In this document: piece by piece, positions 1-13,359 of the stretch
Numbering within the stretch: position 1 is the first letter of the stretch
Layout of the letters: each line of letters begins with the position of its first letter
Assembly: GCF_036321535.1 (NCBI RefSeq)
Contig: NC_087436.1
Location: 48,610,001-48,674,000, forward strand
Direction: 5' to 3'
Length of the DNA: 64,000 nt
DNA from: Camelus dromedarius
Lineage: Eukaryota
Made by a program: the position numbers and the translations under genes
The notes under the pieces: generated by a model
What the model was told of the DNA's origin: nothing
The model's database searches: none
The model's input: only the letters and a program-made list of their open reading frames with translations

Positions 1-1689
1 ACAGAAGTTCTTATCTATTCCTTTAAGGGTTTAAAATACTTTTAATTTTTCAGCTTTTTATGTTGCTTTTGGTTGAGCCTTTATTTGTAGTCTCTCAGAA
101 AACCATCCAAAAAGCATAACATTATGTTACTCTATTTTAATGTGATGGACTATTACTAAATTAATTAAAACAATTTATGTACATACCACTCTGCTGATAA
201 TTCCTTTCAAATTATTTAATTAACTATTTGAAATTTAAAAATACACACAGTATGGAAGTGACATTCAATCTAAGTTTTCCAAAACTTATAGTCAGACTTC
301 TTTTTTTTTTGCTTTTATTTTCTGCAGGATAAATAAAAACAACAGCAGAAAGCAAAGCAACTCACTTGACCATTGTTCTTTAGTGAGTATGGATGAGTAG
401 CCCAATGTAGGAGTGCCTCTATGTCATCCTGCAATACTTGGTTCAAAGTTGGAACTAGGCAGAGACCTGACTTGGTTGTTTTACTAATTATAAGCTAAAT
501 GAAGAGAATCAGTATTTCTGTGTCGCCTTATAGTGGGGGTGGATCCAAGGGCATGAAGAACGGAAAATAAAGTCACCCACCTTTTATGACCTTCCCAGAG
601 GACCCAACTTGTGAAATTTTCTAAATTTCCTTTTGAAAGTCTGCTTTAAAACCAAGATTTCTTAAATTTGTACCGTTTAACCTCACAACATTCCTTTTTC
701 CGTCCAGCATCCTCTTATGTTACCACATATCTTCCTCTCTCCCACAACTAAATAACAAGTATTGGCACCTGTATGTCAATCATAGTACATTGAGAGAAAT
801 CACAAACTAAATGACTTACAAGAGTCATTGGTTATCATTAGGTCTTTTCTAGTATCAAGAACACAGTGAAGAATGGAGACTGTGGGTTCTAAAATCTCCT
901 TTGATCAAGGTGTCTAAACTACCTACCTGTGGCCTTCCAAGACTGGAAAATTCATGGACCGTTTGTAATCTCTTATTATGGATACCCATTTGATTACATT
1001 TTGAGGAAATAAGGGACATTTCTTTCTAACTCTATTAATCTTAAATACTATTTTCAAAGAATTAAAGGCAAAATAAAAGCATATGCATAGTAATGAGGAG
1101 ATTCATAAATTGAGTGCTTAAAATTAATATGTTAGAATGTGATGCTTGGTTTTTTAGATGTCATTAGTATTAATACCAACCAATAAATATTACTCTCTTT
1201 AGTGCTGTGGATAAATTTTTTAGAAGATGGTATAAAATATAGTTCTTATTCACTAGGTGCTTCAGTATGAAGAATATAAATCATTAAAATATTTTATGTG
1301 GAAAATAAACAATAAAAACAATATGCATTAAATACCAAATGAGTGATACAAACAAAAACCACACCAAAAGGAAGCAATCTCGGGGTAAGAGAAGCAAGGT
1401 AGAGATAGGACTAATATCCTTTAAATTTTTGTAGTCCCAGCACCAGGTTTGGCATCTAGATAGTATCCAGAAAATATTTATTTAGGAAAAAAGCAGATGG
1501 CAGACACAATGTCCCACACTCTCCCACCTATACCCTTCAAAGTTATAAGGAGACAGTAATATATAAGTCCTTTTGCACTCTGTAAGTGATCCAGTGATTT
1601 CTGAGGCCTTTCTTCCTTTAAATCCAGAAGCAAGACTATACTCAAAAGAAGTCAGCACATTCAGAATTTAGACTTAGAGGCATTCATCT

Positions 1690-2120
1690 CACATCCACTT
1701 ATTCAACAAATATTTACTGGCTGTCTATTGTATGTGCTAGTCAGTAATTAGTGTATTAGATTTTGAGAGAGATAAATATATCTACCATATGATCTTAAAC
1801 AGCAGGAAGTGCTATACCTAAAAATAAAGCAAGGAAAAAAATAGAGTGGTAGAGTTTGACAAAGTATGCAAGAAAAGCCTCTGAGAAAAGGTGGTATTTC
1901 AGCAGAGCTGAATGATGTAAAGAGGCAGGCTTTAAATGACATGGGGAGAAATATTCTAGGCAGGAGTAAGAGTGAGGGCAAAGACCCTGATATGTGAACA
2001 TGCTTGGCCATTTTGGACCAACAAGGAGACCAGTACAGTAAGAGATAAAGTCAGAGGAGGTAAAGTCAGTGAAGCCAAGAAAAAGGTATGGGACAGTCAG
2101 AGATCTATAGTGTGACTGTA
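1690..2120 (-). mobile_element. L2 LINE 3' fragment
   Basis: attcaacaaatatttactggctg...tgtgctag is the reverse complement of the L2 3' tail, followed by typical L2 antisense text (aggcctctgagaaaaggtggtatttcagcagagctgaatga). Confidence 0.75.
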
Positions 2121-2314
2121 GAGTTACTAATATGCCCTTAATTACTTGGATACCTATATTCACTAATTCCTAAAAGTCCACTATTAGATGTTGGTTTAAG
2201 ATTTTTCACTGTCCTGTTAAAGATGCACACGTACCTGTTGGCAATATTATGCCTTACCTGTTATTTTAAAACAAGAGGCACTTAGAATGAATAGATTTAA
2301 GTGAATTGATTTCT

Positions 2315-2490
2315 AATAATAGCTATCATTAAGCTCTGACAGTGTGCCAAGCATGGTGCTAGCCCTAAGATATAGAAATCATCTCTATCAATATCTGTAT
2401 TTTACTGGTGAAAAAACTGAGGCTTAAAAAGGCTAAGTATCTTGCCCAAGGCCATATAACTGGCAGTTGGTAGAGCCGACCTCATGTTCC
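2315..2490 (-). mobile_element. MIR SINE
   Basis: Core aaaactgaggcttaaaaaggctaagtatcttgcccaaggccat. Confidence 0.8.
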
Positions 2491-5400
2491 TAAGCTTTAT
2501 GCTCCAAGCTTTATGCTGGTGGCTGATGGTCTTTTCATAGAGCTGTTAAGCAAGCAGAGAGAAGACTGAGACAGATGAGTTAGTATAAATTAATGACTGC
2601 ATGAGACATGTGTTGATTCCAAACTATGTGTTCAGACACTGTGCACATTCCTTCAAATCTTACATACAAACTCACTTTCAGCTCCTCTGTATATTACTAA
2701 CTAAATAAATCTAATAATTGCCTTTATACAGACACAGCCGCAGATTCAAGGAAAAATGAACTATTTAAATTTTTGGAAAGCAAAGTTGGAATGCTTTGAG
2801 AGAGGAAGCATTTTAGAAAGGTTCTTTCCTACAGTGATGACTTAATTTATAAGATTTAATCCATTCAAAATATTTTTATAAAATTTTCCTAAAACTATTA
2901 CTAGGATGTTGATATTTTAAAACTTAACAAGTTAAACCTACTTGAAATCCTCATAATATTTTTGAAGAAATCATTTTTGTAGACTAACTCTTAAATTTTG
3001 ATCAAGGTGAATATTTGCAATTAAACCCTGGGACTCATGTGACTTTTCCTTTCTGTTTAATAAATGAATAAATATTTAATGCTAATATATTTTTAAAATA
3101 ATTTTATTTCTCCTATGCAAACAAATTGTAGTCCTATACAGTAGAGGGGGAAAAAAGGAAACTCTGTAACACCTTCTTCTTCCTTAAAGAAAGTAAGTTA
3201 TTTTTGAAGTGTTGTTTATAATATTTTTCAAATTGTCTATTTTCTCCCTATATCATTTTTAGCCTCTATTTTGCTTTTATGGGTCATTTAAATCAGGAAA
3301 TTTTGGCTAATACATTTCCTACATCTTCACATAGGTGAAAAATGTGTTTTTTTGCTTTCAGAACAGTACTCAACAGAAATCCTGTGCTCTTTTAGGATTT
3401 AGAAGGCATGAGATTATTTCTGTGTTGAATTTTGAGCCATCAAATATTTTAAAGGAATTTTTAAATCTTTTTGTAAAGTGAAGAATCTTTCTGGAATATG
3501 AATGTTTACCTATGTAATTTACCTACGTGGTGTACCTATATTATTCTTATAACTGATTTTTTTCTATCTGCTTGATTAAAGTATGATGCATCTCCTTGTA
3601 GTATTGTTATATAGAGTGACTTGTGAATACAGGAAAGTCTTCTTATCTTAGAAACCTACAAGATAATGCACATCATCCTTACCTGTTAATACTGTTCAAA
3701 TAATCCAACTCTTTTGACACAAAAACTTTAAGGTTCTTCCTGAACTATTTGTACATTGGGCTACCAGTTTTTGTTTAGTGTGAAAGTTTATTTTTGTTAT
3801 AAAAACACATTTAAATACTTTTTGACGATATCTGCCAAATGGAATGTTGAGATAAGTGGTATGTTTTGGTTTAGGGGAATAGCTTATTGCAAGACAGAGT
3901 AAGGTCACTAGTTGCCAAAGAAAAATCACATTTACTAGAATATATCATAGAGTGCAATCAGGGTAGTAAACAGCGCTATTCAAACACCTGACCAGGTGAC
4001 TGCTATAATAAGTGGATGCTTTTGTAGCTACTATTATTATTATTCCATAGAAGAGATTTCATTGTAAATACTGCTGATTTCTTTAATCATGTGTTGGATC
4101 CTTTAATTCCTTCAAATATATCTTCAAAAATCCTAATAGCAAAAATGTCTTGTAAATACTGAAAAGTTAAATATGTGTATATGATTGGGGCTAGTTACCA
4201 CATAAATACTTGGGCTTCTATTGCCTTAATAATCTCTAAACTGTGTACTTTGAAGCTGAAGCTTTTTACGTTCACAGTTTGTGAATAGCTTAGTGACTGT
4301 ACTGTACACTCACCATAGAACTTCTTTAAGTTTGGGTGTTGTTTACCCCATACCTGTGTTTATGCTGACAAGCAGTGACTTTTCTAAATGCAAAAGGCAA
4401 ATGCAGAGAATCCAAATTTTTGTCTAGAATATGAGAAAAGCAGTGAAGTAACAGTCATAATCCTAAAATATATATTGTTGCATGTTTATCTCTGACACTT
4501 CCTTAACATTGAAGGCTTATGCATACTTGTGTTCCACTACAGTACAATGAAATAAAACTTAAGTCCTTAGAGCATGTAGAAAGTGCATATTCAGTGTATT
4601 CTCTATCATTTTGCTCTCCTTGCCACATTTTGCCCAAGACTAATCAGAGTCGACTCTGAGAACCAGAAACACTATACATCATATATGTCAGAACTCGTCT
4701 TTCTGTCCAATTAACACAAAATATACAGGAATCTGTTCTTTGCTCATTTTTCAAATACCTCACATTTTATTATGATTATGAAGGGCTCAGAAGGTGAAAA
4801 AAGTATTCAACTACTGACCTTTATAATATAATCTGACAGCATCTCAAATGTTTAGAAATTGCCTCAAGAAGTTCTACTTCATCATATGTTTGTGTCACCT
4901 AAGAATTTCTAATGTAGGCAATGAAATGTAGATAATTGCCAAGGAAAGAGGATCCTTAAATAACCCAAATTGTCTTCATTGTCAAACTTAATTAAAAAGA
5001 GAATGTTCATTGTAAATATATTAATATGTAACTAAACCAGTCTCATTCTCTTCTGCTATTTGCCAGTAACTCAGTCAAGGATAGCTATTTAGAGGTTTGA
5101 CCACCTTGTCTACCAGCATTGGTGCTTACCCAGTCTTATTTGCACTAGAAGTTTTATGATAAGAACGTTCTTGGATGAGTGCTTTTATGGGTTTTCCAGG
5201 AATCTAATTGGCTCAGTCTATGTCAGGTATCCACCTTCACCCTCCCTCTTCCTGCTACCCTGATTATGGCAGGATCACCTGGTACAAACATGACAGCCTA
5301 GGCTCATCCTTTCATCAGGGGGAGTAGCCGAGGTCCTTTTAAACGAGAAAGTTTGTTTGAAAACATGTCTGCTACAGCATTTGACTACGATAAAATTGTA

Positions 5401-6289
5401 TTGGTTTTCCTACTGTAAGAGCACTGTAAAGAAAAAATATTCACATTTGATACAGGCTGTTTGATAAACACAGAATCAGTTGCTCTCTCTGGCAACTGAT
5501 TCTGACTGGCGGATGTAGATACATTTGCTGCAAATAGTTGTTAAATTCATAATTTGTGGTATCAAACATTTTTTATTTTAAGTCATATCCTTATTGAAAA
5601 GTGCTATTTTCAGAGTAATTATATGCTGAGGACAAAGTCATTACTGTTCAGAAAAACTGCAGTTTTGAATATCGAATAATTGTAAAGGTTTGAAAAACTA
5701 GCGCTAATGAAATCCAAGGGTGATCTGCCCATGATCATAAATTCTCTGTTCACTTAAGAAGATTCTAACTAAACAATGTACACTGGGATAATAATATTTA
5801 TTTTACGTCTCTTTTCATTTTTCGGAACTTTTTATATGTCTTTCCCTCATTATTAATGCCAAATGCTTTTATTTAAAGAAAAAATGATGAAACAAAAGCT
5901 GACTAGAAATGTATGTGTTCAACCTCCACCATCATTCCTGAGAGTAGGAATCTTAAAATTCTCCTCTCTCCATTAATAAGAAAAAAACCAGACAGAAACA
6001 GAAAGAGAAAAGTAGTATTCTAAAGAGGAACCTACAGACTGGGGCAATTGAGAAACTGTCATGTCAATAACTAAGTATGATTTCCCCCTTCTATAGCAAT
6101 AACTGATGAGTTTTGGGGGAGAATATTAATTGGTTGTGGCATAACCTTTTAAAATTCTATGGATTTTCCATTTTTTAAAGAACATATATGAAGTGGAAGC
6201 TTGGGGGGAACTCTTCCTTTGAACACTGAAACATCTTTTCGTCGCCATCATCAGTGATTATTAAGGAGGAGAGGAGATATTGCCTAGAC

Positions 6290-6815
6290 CTCTTACAAAC
6301 TAATCTTCTCAATCACTCCCGTTCTAGCTTTTCTCCACATTGTTGTCAAAGTGCAAATGTGATCTGTTACTTCTCTGCTTAAAGTACTTTCTGATTGTCA
6401 CTGCTCTAGGATAGAGACCAGTATTATCAACATGGTCTACAAGGCCCTGTGTAATCTGGGTTCTGCATCCCTTTCCAGGCTCGTCTCACCTCATGCTCTC
6501 TTTACTGTCTCTGTTTCACTGGTACTGGCTTTCTTCTTTTATCCTTAATGGCCACATGCCTTCCCAATATAAGCCTAACATTTCTGCCTAAAATGTTTAT
6601 CCCTTCCACCACCCTACACCACTTCCATTTCATCCCATTGCCTAATTAATTTTTATTATTCAAATTTTAACTTGGCTACTACTTATTTCCTCAGTGAAAA
6701 CCTTCCCTGCCCTCCCCAAATTGATATATCCTATCCAAGCATTACATACATCTCTTTCAGAGCAGTTTTCACAGTTGTTATTTTATGCTTACTTGAAGGG
6801 TTATTTGATTAATAA
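6290..6815 (+). mobile_element. L2 LINE fragment
   Basis: tgatctgttacttctctgcttaaa...catggtctacaaggccctgtgtaatctgg...cctcagtgaaaaccttccctg. Confidence 0.7.
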
Positions 6816-7958
6816 TAATATTTAAGAATATCTTTCTCTACAGACTCAGGAAGAATCATCTTTTTAATTGCACTTTTTAAAATTGTACTTTTTAATTACT
6901 TTTAGAGGTATGTATTTCTTCAGATCTTTTGATATTTCTAAATATTTTAAGCTGATACATGCTTTTAATTCCAAAACTCCAAGTAGCAGTGAAATCAGCA
7001 AAACCCTTCTAAAGTGCAAATATAATAAAACATCACCCCCTTTACAGAACATAAATTGGAAAGAGTGGAAATAGCTAAGTTTCCTTGAGAAATAGCCAAA
7101 TAGCCATCAGAAATGTTTCCGACCAGTGCTGATGACCTCTAACAATTCTAAATTGAGTCCCATTTAACAATTGCTTGCCCAAAATAGATAACTTTTTGCA
7201 GTATCAGGTTAGATCTGAGAACACCCACTTGGCTATATTAGTTTCAGAGCTTTAAAATAATCATAATAGTAGTAATGAACTGAAAGCCATAAATAGTGTG
7301 CAACCCATGCGATTGCCATTGATTTGATGTATCCTGATCACTTTCACAGTCCTTCATTTAATCAGGAAAGTCTTCTTTACATCTTTGGCTAGTATTCGTC
7401 CTTTCTCTTTTTTCATTCTACTTTCACGTTTAATTTTTTTTCTCACAGAGGTGCCTTACTTTCTTTAGATAAAATACTCACATTAGCATGGAAGATGTTT
7501 AGAACTATTGAAAGTTCAGGGAAAAAGAAGTAAAACTGATGAATAACTGAAGCAGTAATTAGTAAATGTTTATTGTGCACCCACAAAAAGACAGTTTGCA
7601 GACCAGGAGCACTCAAACCAAAACCTGAGATGAGGCTCAGAGGTATATTGTTATAAAGCAGCTTGACTAGTTTCAGTGATTGGTTACAATATTAGAATTT
7701 TCTTAAATGAAGGGGAATTAGTTAATGATTATCTCTATCAATTTGGGGGAACAATTTAAGTTTCACTTATGATTTTCAGAGGCATAAACAAGAAGTGGCC
7801 CAGGTCAAGTTGGCCCCACTTGTCTAGCAAAATAAGCTAAATTAAGCTCTGCTTGTGTGACTAAACTGGTTTTGTCTGCTCATAGAATTTTCAAGTCTCG
7901 TCTCCATTTGTGTTCGATTTTATCGGTACTATCTTCTGAGAATCAATTACCTCTGTGA

Positions 7959-8375
<417 letters not shown>

Positions 8376-9335
8376 TAGGGATCAATACTAAGCTTGGAAA
8401 ACTCCAAATGATAGCCTGAGATGTTTTGGTTTGGTTTTGGATTTTTTTTTTAACTGCTTTCTGAAATTGCAAAGAAGTAGCTTCAGTTCCTTCCATTGGA
8501 GAAAAGCACTGGGGCTTGATTGGAGTCTCTGAAATTTGGTCATGATGGAATTTGTTGGATTCGGGAGTTTTGTTTACCATAGGCTCAAAGCTTTTTGATA
8601 ACAGAGAATTCAGGAAGGATATCAACTTTCAGATATGAGAAGGATATGAAACAATAAAATGGCTTCATTCTTCTGACCGTTCTAAAAAAACTTTGAAAAA
8701 TGAAACAAAGAGGAGCTTTTGGAAGTCAAAAATATCACCTTTATTTTTCATATATGCAAGTTAGAGAGTATGGAGTATGAGAGCCAAGTGGATTTGCTTA
8801 CAAATCCCCCAGTCAAACTTATCAAAATGTGCACTTTGAATATGTCCAAGTTATTGCATGCAAGTATAGCTTATATAGGTGGATAGATATATGTCTAGAT
8901 ATCAGGAAGTGTTGAACCAAAACAGGCCCTTTTTCTAAAAGGAAGGAAGAATCTGATCCTGGAAAAGCAACAGAAATAGTTTGCTCTTTGCGAGTGGCTT
9001 ATTCCCAAGAGGAAGAAGGGCAGAACTGAGCCTTCCCAAATTTACCAGTTAAATAAATTACTACACTTCCCAGGTCAGAGTGAAGAGAGGGACAAAAAGA
9101 AAGGATAGGAATATGCTTAGAAAAATTTCCTCCTCAAGGAAATAAGCAGTGGAGATGAACTATCCCCCTGTAATATGTGCATTCTTTTTTGTCTGTATAA
9201 CCCGAGTAATCCAGAAAGGAGATCACTGGAAATGTAGTCAAATGAAAACTTTAAGACTTTTGTTCATAGACTGTTTTAAGCATCCAATTATCCTTGTCTA
9301 AGAAGTACAGGGCTAATGGTGGTAGCATTGGCTTT

Positions 9336-10913
9336 ATATTTTTTTAACAGAGAAATGCCAATCAAAACTACAATATGGCATCACCTCACACAGGTCAGAA
9401 TGGCCATCATTAAAAAATCCACAAACGATAAATGCTGGAGAGGGTGTGGAGAAAAGAGAACCTTCCTACACTGCTGGTGGGAGTGTAGTTCAGTGCAGCC
9501 ATTATGGAAAACAGTATGGAGACTCCTCAAAGGACTAAAAATAGATTAACTGTATTGTGGATTTTTTAATGATGGCCTTTCTGACTGGTGTGAGGTGATA
9601 CCTCATTGTAGTTTTGATTGGCATTTCTCTGATAATTAGTAATATTGAGTGTTTTTTCATGTGCCTATTGGCCATTTGTATGCCTTCATTGGAGAATTGC
9701 TTGTTTAGGTTTTCTGTCCATTTTTGGATTGGATTTCTTTTTTGTTATTAAGTTGAATGAGCTGTTTGTATATTCTGGAAATTAAGCCCTTGTCAGTTGC
9801 ATCATTTGCAAATATTTTCTCCCATTCCGTAAGTTGTCATTTTGTTTTGCTCATGGTTTCCTTTGCTGTGCAAAAGTTTATAAGCTTAATTAGGTCCCAT
9901 TTGTTTATTTTTGCTTTTATTTCTATTGCCTAGGTAGACTGCCCTAGGAAAACATTGCTAAGATTTATATCAGAAAATGTTTTACCTATGTTTTCTTCTA
10001 GGAGGTTTAGAGTGTCTTGTCTTATATTTAAGTCTGTAAGCCACTTTAAGTTTATTTTTGTGTCTGGTGTGAGGGAGTGTTCTAATTTCATTGATTTACA
10101 TGCTACTATCCAGTTTTCCCAGTGCCATTTGCTGAAGAGACTGTCTTTTCTCCATTGTATATTCTTGCCTCCTTTGTTGAAGATTAATTGACTGTAAGTC
10201 TGTGGATTTATTTCTGGGCTCTCTGTTCCATTCCCTTGATCCATATGTCTGTTTTTATGACAATACCACACTGTTTTTATTACTGTGGCTCTGTAGTATT
10301 GTCTGAAGTCTGGGAGGGTTATTCCTCGAGCTTCCTTCTCTTTCTTCAGTAAATGCTTTGGCGATTCTGGGTGTTTTATGGTTCCTTATAAATTTTAGGA
10401 TTGTTTGTTCTAGTTCTGTGAAAAATGTCCTGGGTAATTTGATAGGGATCACATTAAATCTGTAGATTGCTTTGGGTAGTATGGCCATTTTAACAATACT
10501 AATTCTTCCAACCCAAAAGCGTGGGATATCTCTCTATTTCTTAAAGTGGCCTTAAATTTTCTTAATCAGTGTTTTGTACTTCTCAGCATATAAGTCTTTC
10601 ACCTCCTTGGTCAAGTTTATTCCTAAATATTTTAGTGTTTTGAATGCAATTTTAGAAAGATTGTATCTTTCCTTTTCTGATATTTTGTTGTTAGCATAAA
10701 GAAATGCAGCTGATTTCTGTATGCTAATCTTGTATGCTGCTACCTTGCTGAATTCTTGTATCAGCTCTAGTAGTTTCTGTGTGGAGCCTTTAGGGTTTTC
10801 TATATATATAGTATCATGTCATCTGCATACAGTGACAGTTTTACCTCTTCCCTTCCAATTTGGATCTCTTTTATTTCTTTTTCTTGTCTGATTGCTATGG
10901 CTAGGATTTCCAA
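9336..10913 (-). mobile_element. Lineage-specific L1, 5'-truncated ORF2 fragment with an inverted ~200-bp segment; candidate 12-bp TSD
   Basis: Minus strand encodes [26 protein letters not shown] (RT YADD at 10818-10829) and runs on to ..IIKKST. The plus-strand segment 9348-9548 encodes [18 protein letters not shown]. Flanks are agcattggcttt (9324-9335) and agcattagcttt (10914-10925). Confidence 0.93.
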
Positions 10914-11379
10914 AGCATTAGCTTTTGACACAAAATGAAGGTCATCCTTGATGATGAAGCTTAATAGACCAAACTAAAGAAGTATCTCAGTGGATATTAG
11001 TTATAAGTCATAAATCACTCACCCTTCTTTTGTATAATTGTATCTAGTGTCTCACAAGAAATCATCTAAATATACTTATTTCAGGGAAGGTCAATATAGT
11101 AAATGACTAATGTGCAATTTTAAGTAAATTAGAACATTTTAGAACTAAAGCCATGATATCTGAATAATTTTGATGTTAAGTTTATTATTATAAATATTGT
11201 TGGTTTACTACTAGCACAATACTGCTGCTGCTATATTAATCTGTATTGCCATATCTTTCCAAAGAAAAATATCCATTTTCAATTGCAGTGTATATCAATA
11301 CATTCAACCCAGAAATACTATTAAAAATTAGATATTTCTGGGTTCAAAGTAACATACAGCATTAGGAAGAAATCTTTAC

Positions 11380-11600
11380 AATGATAATAATCCCAGTTAC
11401 TGACTGGTCTTTGTGTGGTAGGCTCTGTAATGATAATTACCTTATATATGTTATCTGTTTTTATTCTTCATAACAATTCTATGAAGGAGGCATTATTTAC
11501 ATATTTTATATATGAGAAAAATTTAGAGTTTATCTAATTTGCCTGTATCAGAGCCAGGATTGAAACATGAGTCTTTTTGACTCTAGGCCATACCCTTTAA
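11380..11600 (-). mobile_element. MIR SINE (degraded)
   Basis: ttattcttcataacaattctatgaaggaggcattatt...cagagccaggattgaaac...tgactctaggcc. Confidence 0.65.
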
Positions 11601-12274
11601 TAGGCTTATTCTGATTTTTCATAGATCACAGTAGTTCCTCCCATTATATGAAACCAGCAAAATAAATTTTTATGCTCTAAGTGCTAATAAGCTTATTAAG
11701 GCTCTGTTTTCACAAAGCATTCACTATTTGAAAGATGGTATCTAGTAAGTGGCCCGTATATGATTTAATCTTCTTAAATATGTCAAATGTTCCCAAATAT
11801 CCCACTCATATTAATCTCCAGATATATGTTTATTCTAATTTTACCATAGAAGCCAAAACATATATATAAATAAATAGATAACTCATTTCTTTCATTAAAT
11901 AATCAATTATAAAGAATTTGTCAATTATATGCAAGATGCTGTGTGAAATGCCAGTCTATCACAGTGCAAATACATTTAAAAGTTCAACATATGAAGGAAA
12001 TCTAGAAGTAAAACTATTCAGATGAAGTAATAATAATATATGATAACAATGGTAATAGCCATCGCAATCTGAGTAAATTACCCGATGTCTTGCTTAGCAG
12101 AAACCAGATTCTATCATGAGCAATTCCTTCTTCAAACTTTCCATGACTATTTATTCCTTTAGACAACAATGACTGTATGTATATACAACAAATTATATAC
12201 TCAGCTATTAATGCTTCAAGCCAACCTTAGAAAGTAATTTTTGAGAAACAGTTTTAAATATTGGCATAGCGATG

Positions 12275-12723
12275 TGTCGATTGAAAAAAAAATGCATAAT
12301 CTAAAAGTTGAGAATTATGTTTTTTTCAGTGGACTTACTGAGGACATAAGCCAGGATATAGCCTCTTGGATACCTCTGAGAGACTCTTCCAAAGGGGTAA
12401 GGGAGGAACCAGGATATATAGAAGCTTTTGCTGAGAAAATAAAAACATCTACTTGAACATCAGAAGATTACTGCTAATCACAAGAACAGACATCTCAATG
12501 ATTTTATTGTTTTTCTATGTATGGGATGATGCAAGAGGCTGGGCTTATTGAAATTATTCCTTTGATATGCATCTTAACTATCTAGGGCCAGTATCCTGTT
12601 TTTCTCCATCCTGAATTCCCCTCAGCGTGCACTGCCCCTCAGGGGGCTGCTGCAGTGGCTTATGGTTATATGGCTGCAACATCCTTTGTTTACTGAAATG
12701 GCAGGTGATATTCTTTGTCCACA
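12275..12723 (-). mobile_element. ERV1 solo LTR, MER41-like (artiodactyl type)
   Basis: TG...CA termini with a perfect 4-bp TSD GATG (12271-12274 / 12724-12727). The minus strand begins tgtggacaaagaatatcacctgccatttcagtaaacaaaggatgttgcagcc; the family name is from memory. Confidence 0.85.
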
Positions 12724-12824
12724 GATGTACCTTTAGTAATTTTCATAACATGAGGCTTAAGAGAACTTTAGATATTTATTTACTTATACTGTTCTATCAT
12801 CTTTTTGTCTGCTATACAGATCTG

Positions 12825-13125
12825 TAGAATGTAGTATATTATTTTGATTGATTTTCATATGTTTAACTACCCTTGCATTCCTAGCATAAATTCCACTTAG
12901 TCCTGATGTATAATCCTTTCAGTAGGCTCCTGAATTCAGTTTGCTAGTATTTTGTTGAGGATTTTTACATCAGTATTTATCAGGGATATTTGTCTGTAAT
13001 TTTCTTTCTTTCAGTGTGTTTGTCTGACTTTGGTAAAAGAATAGTGCTAGTCTCATAGCATGAGTTAGGAAGTGTTCTCTCTTCTTCAGTTTGTTGGAAA
13101 GGTTTGAGAAAGATTGGTTTTAATT
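12825..13125 (-). mobile_element. Old L1M ORF2 fragment (inverted 5' part)
   Basis: Minus strand is a degraded match to the ORF2 region ...[39 protein letters not shown]...QVGFIPGMQGWFN. Confidence 0.85.
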
Positions 13126-13177
13126 CTAGCCAGAGAAATTAGGCAAGAAAAAGAAATAAGAGGTATCAAAATTGAAC

Positions 13178-13355
13178 ATGCGTTAACTTTCTGGGGCTGC
13201 CATTAAAAAGTAACACAAACTGGGTGGCTTAAAACAACATAGTTCTGGAGGCTAGACGTCTGGAATCAAGGTGTCAGCCATGCTCCCTCTGAGACTATGG
13301 GTGGTATCTTTCTTTGCCTTTTCCAGCTTTTGGGGTGGCCAGCAATCCTTCCCAC
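13178..13355 (-). mobile_element. MLT1 (MaLR) LTR fragment
   Basis: ggctgccattaaaagtaacacaaactgggtggcttaaaacaac...agttctggaggctagacgtctggaatcaaggtgtcagc. Confidence 0.8.
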
Positions 13356-13359
13356 CCAC

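Noticed and set aside
2492..2517. Short local duplications (aagctttatgct x2; similar ones near 18581-18615, 47920-47942, 54534-54553)
   Set aside because: Ordinary slippage duplications with two copies only; not an array.
4644..4659. Perfect 16-bp palindrome tcagagtcgactctga
   Set aside because: A single 16-bp palindrome is about what chance predicts in 64 kb, and there is no supporting context.
9930..10488. ORFs 9930..10271 and 10255..10488 (also 9316..9549, 26080..26295, 33652..33918)
   Set aside because: These are frameshifted remnants of L1 ORF2 or its 3' region, not host genes or an active element.
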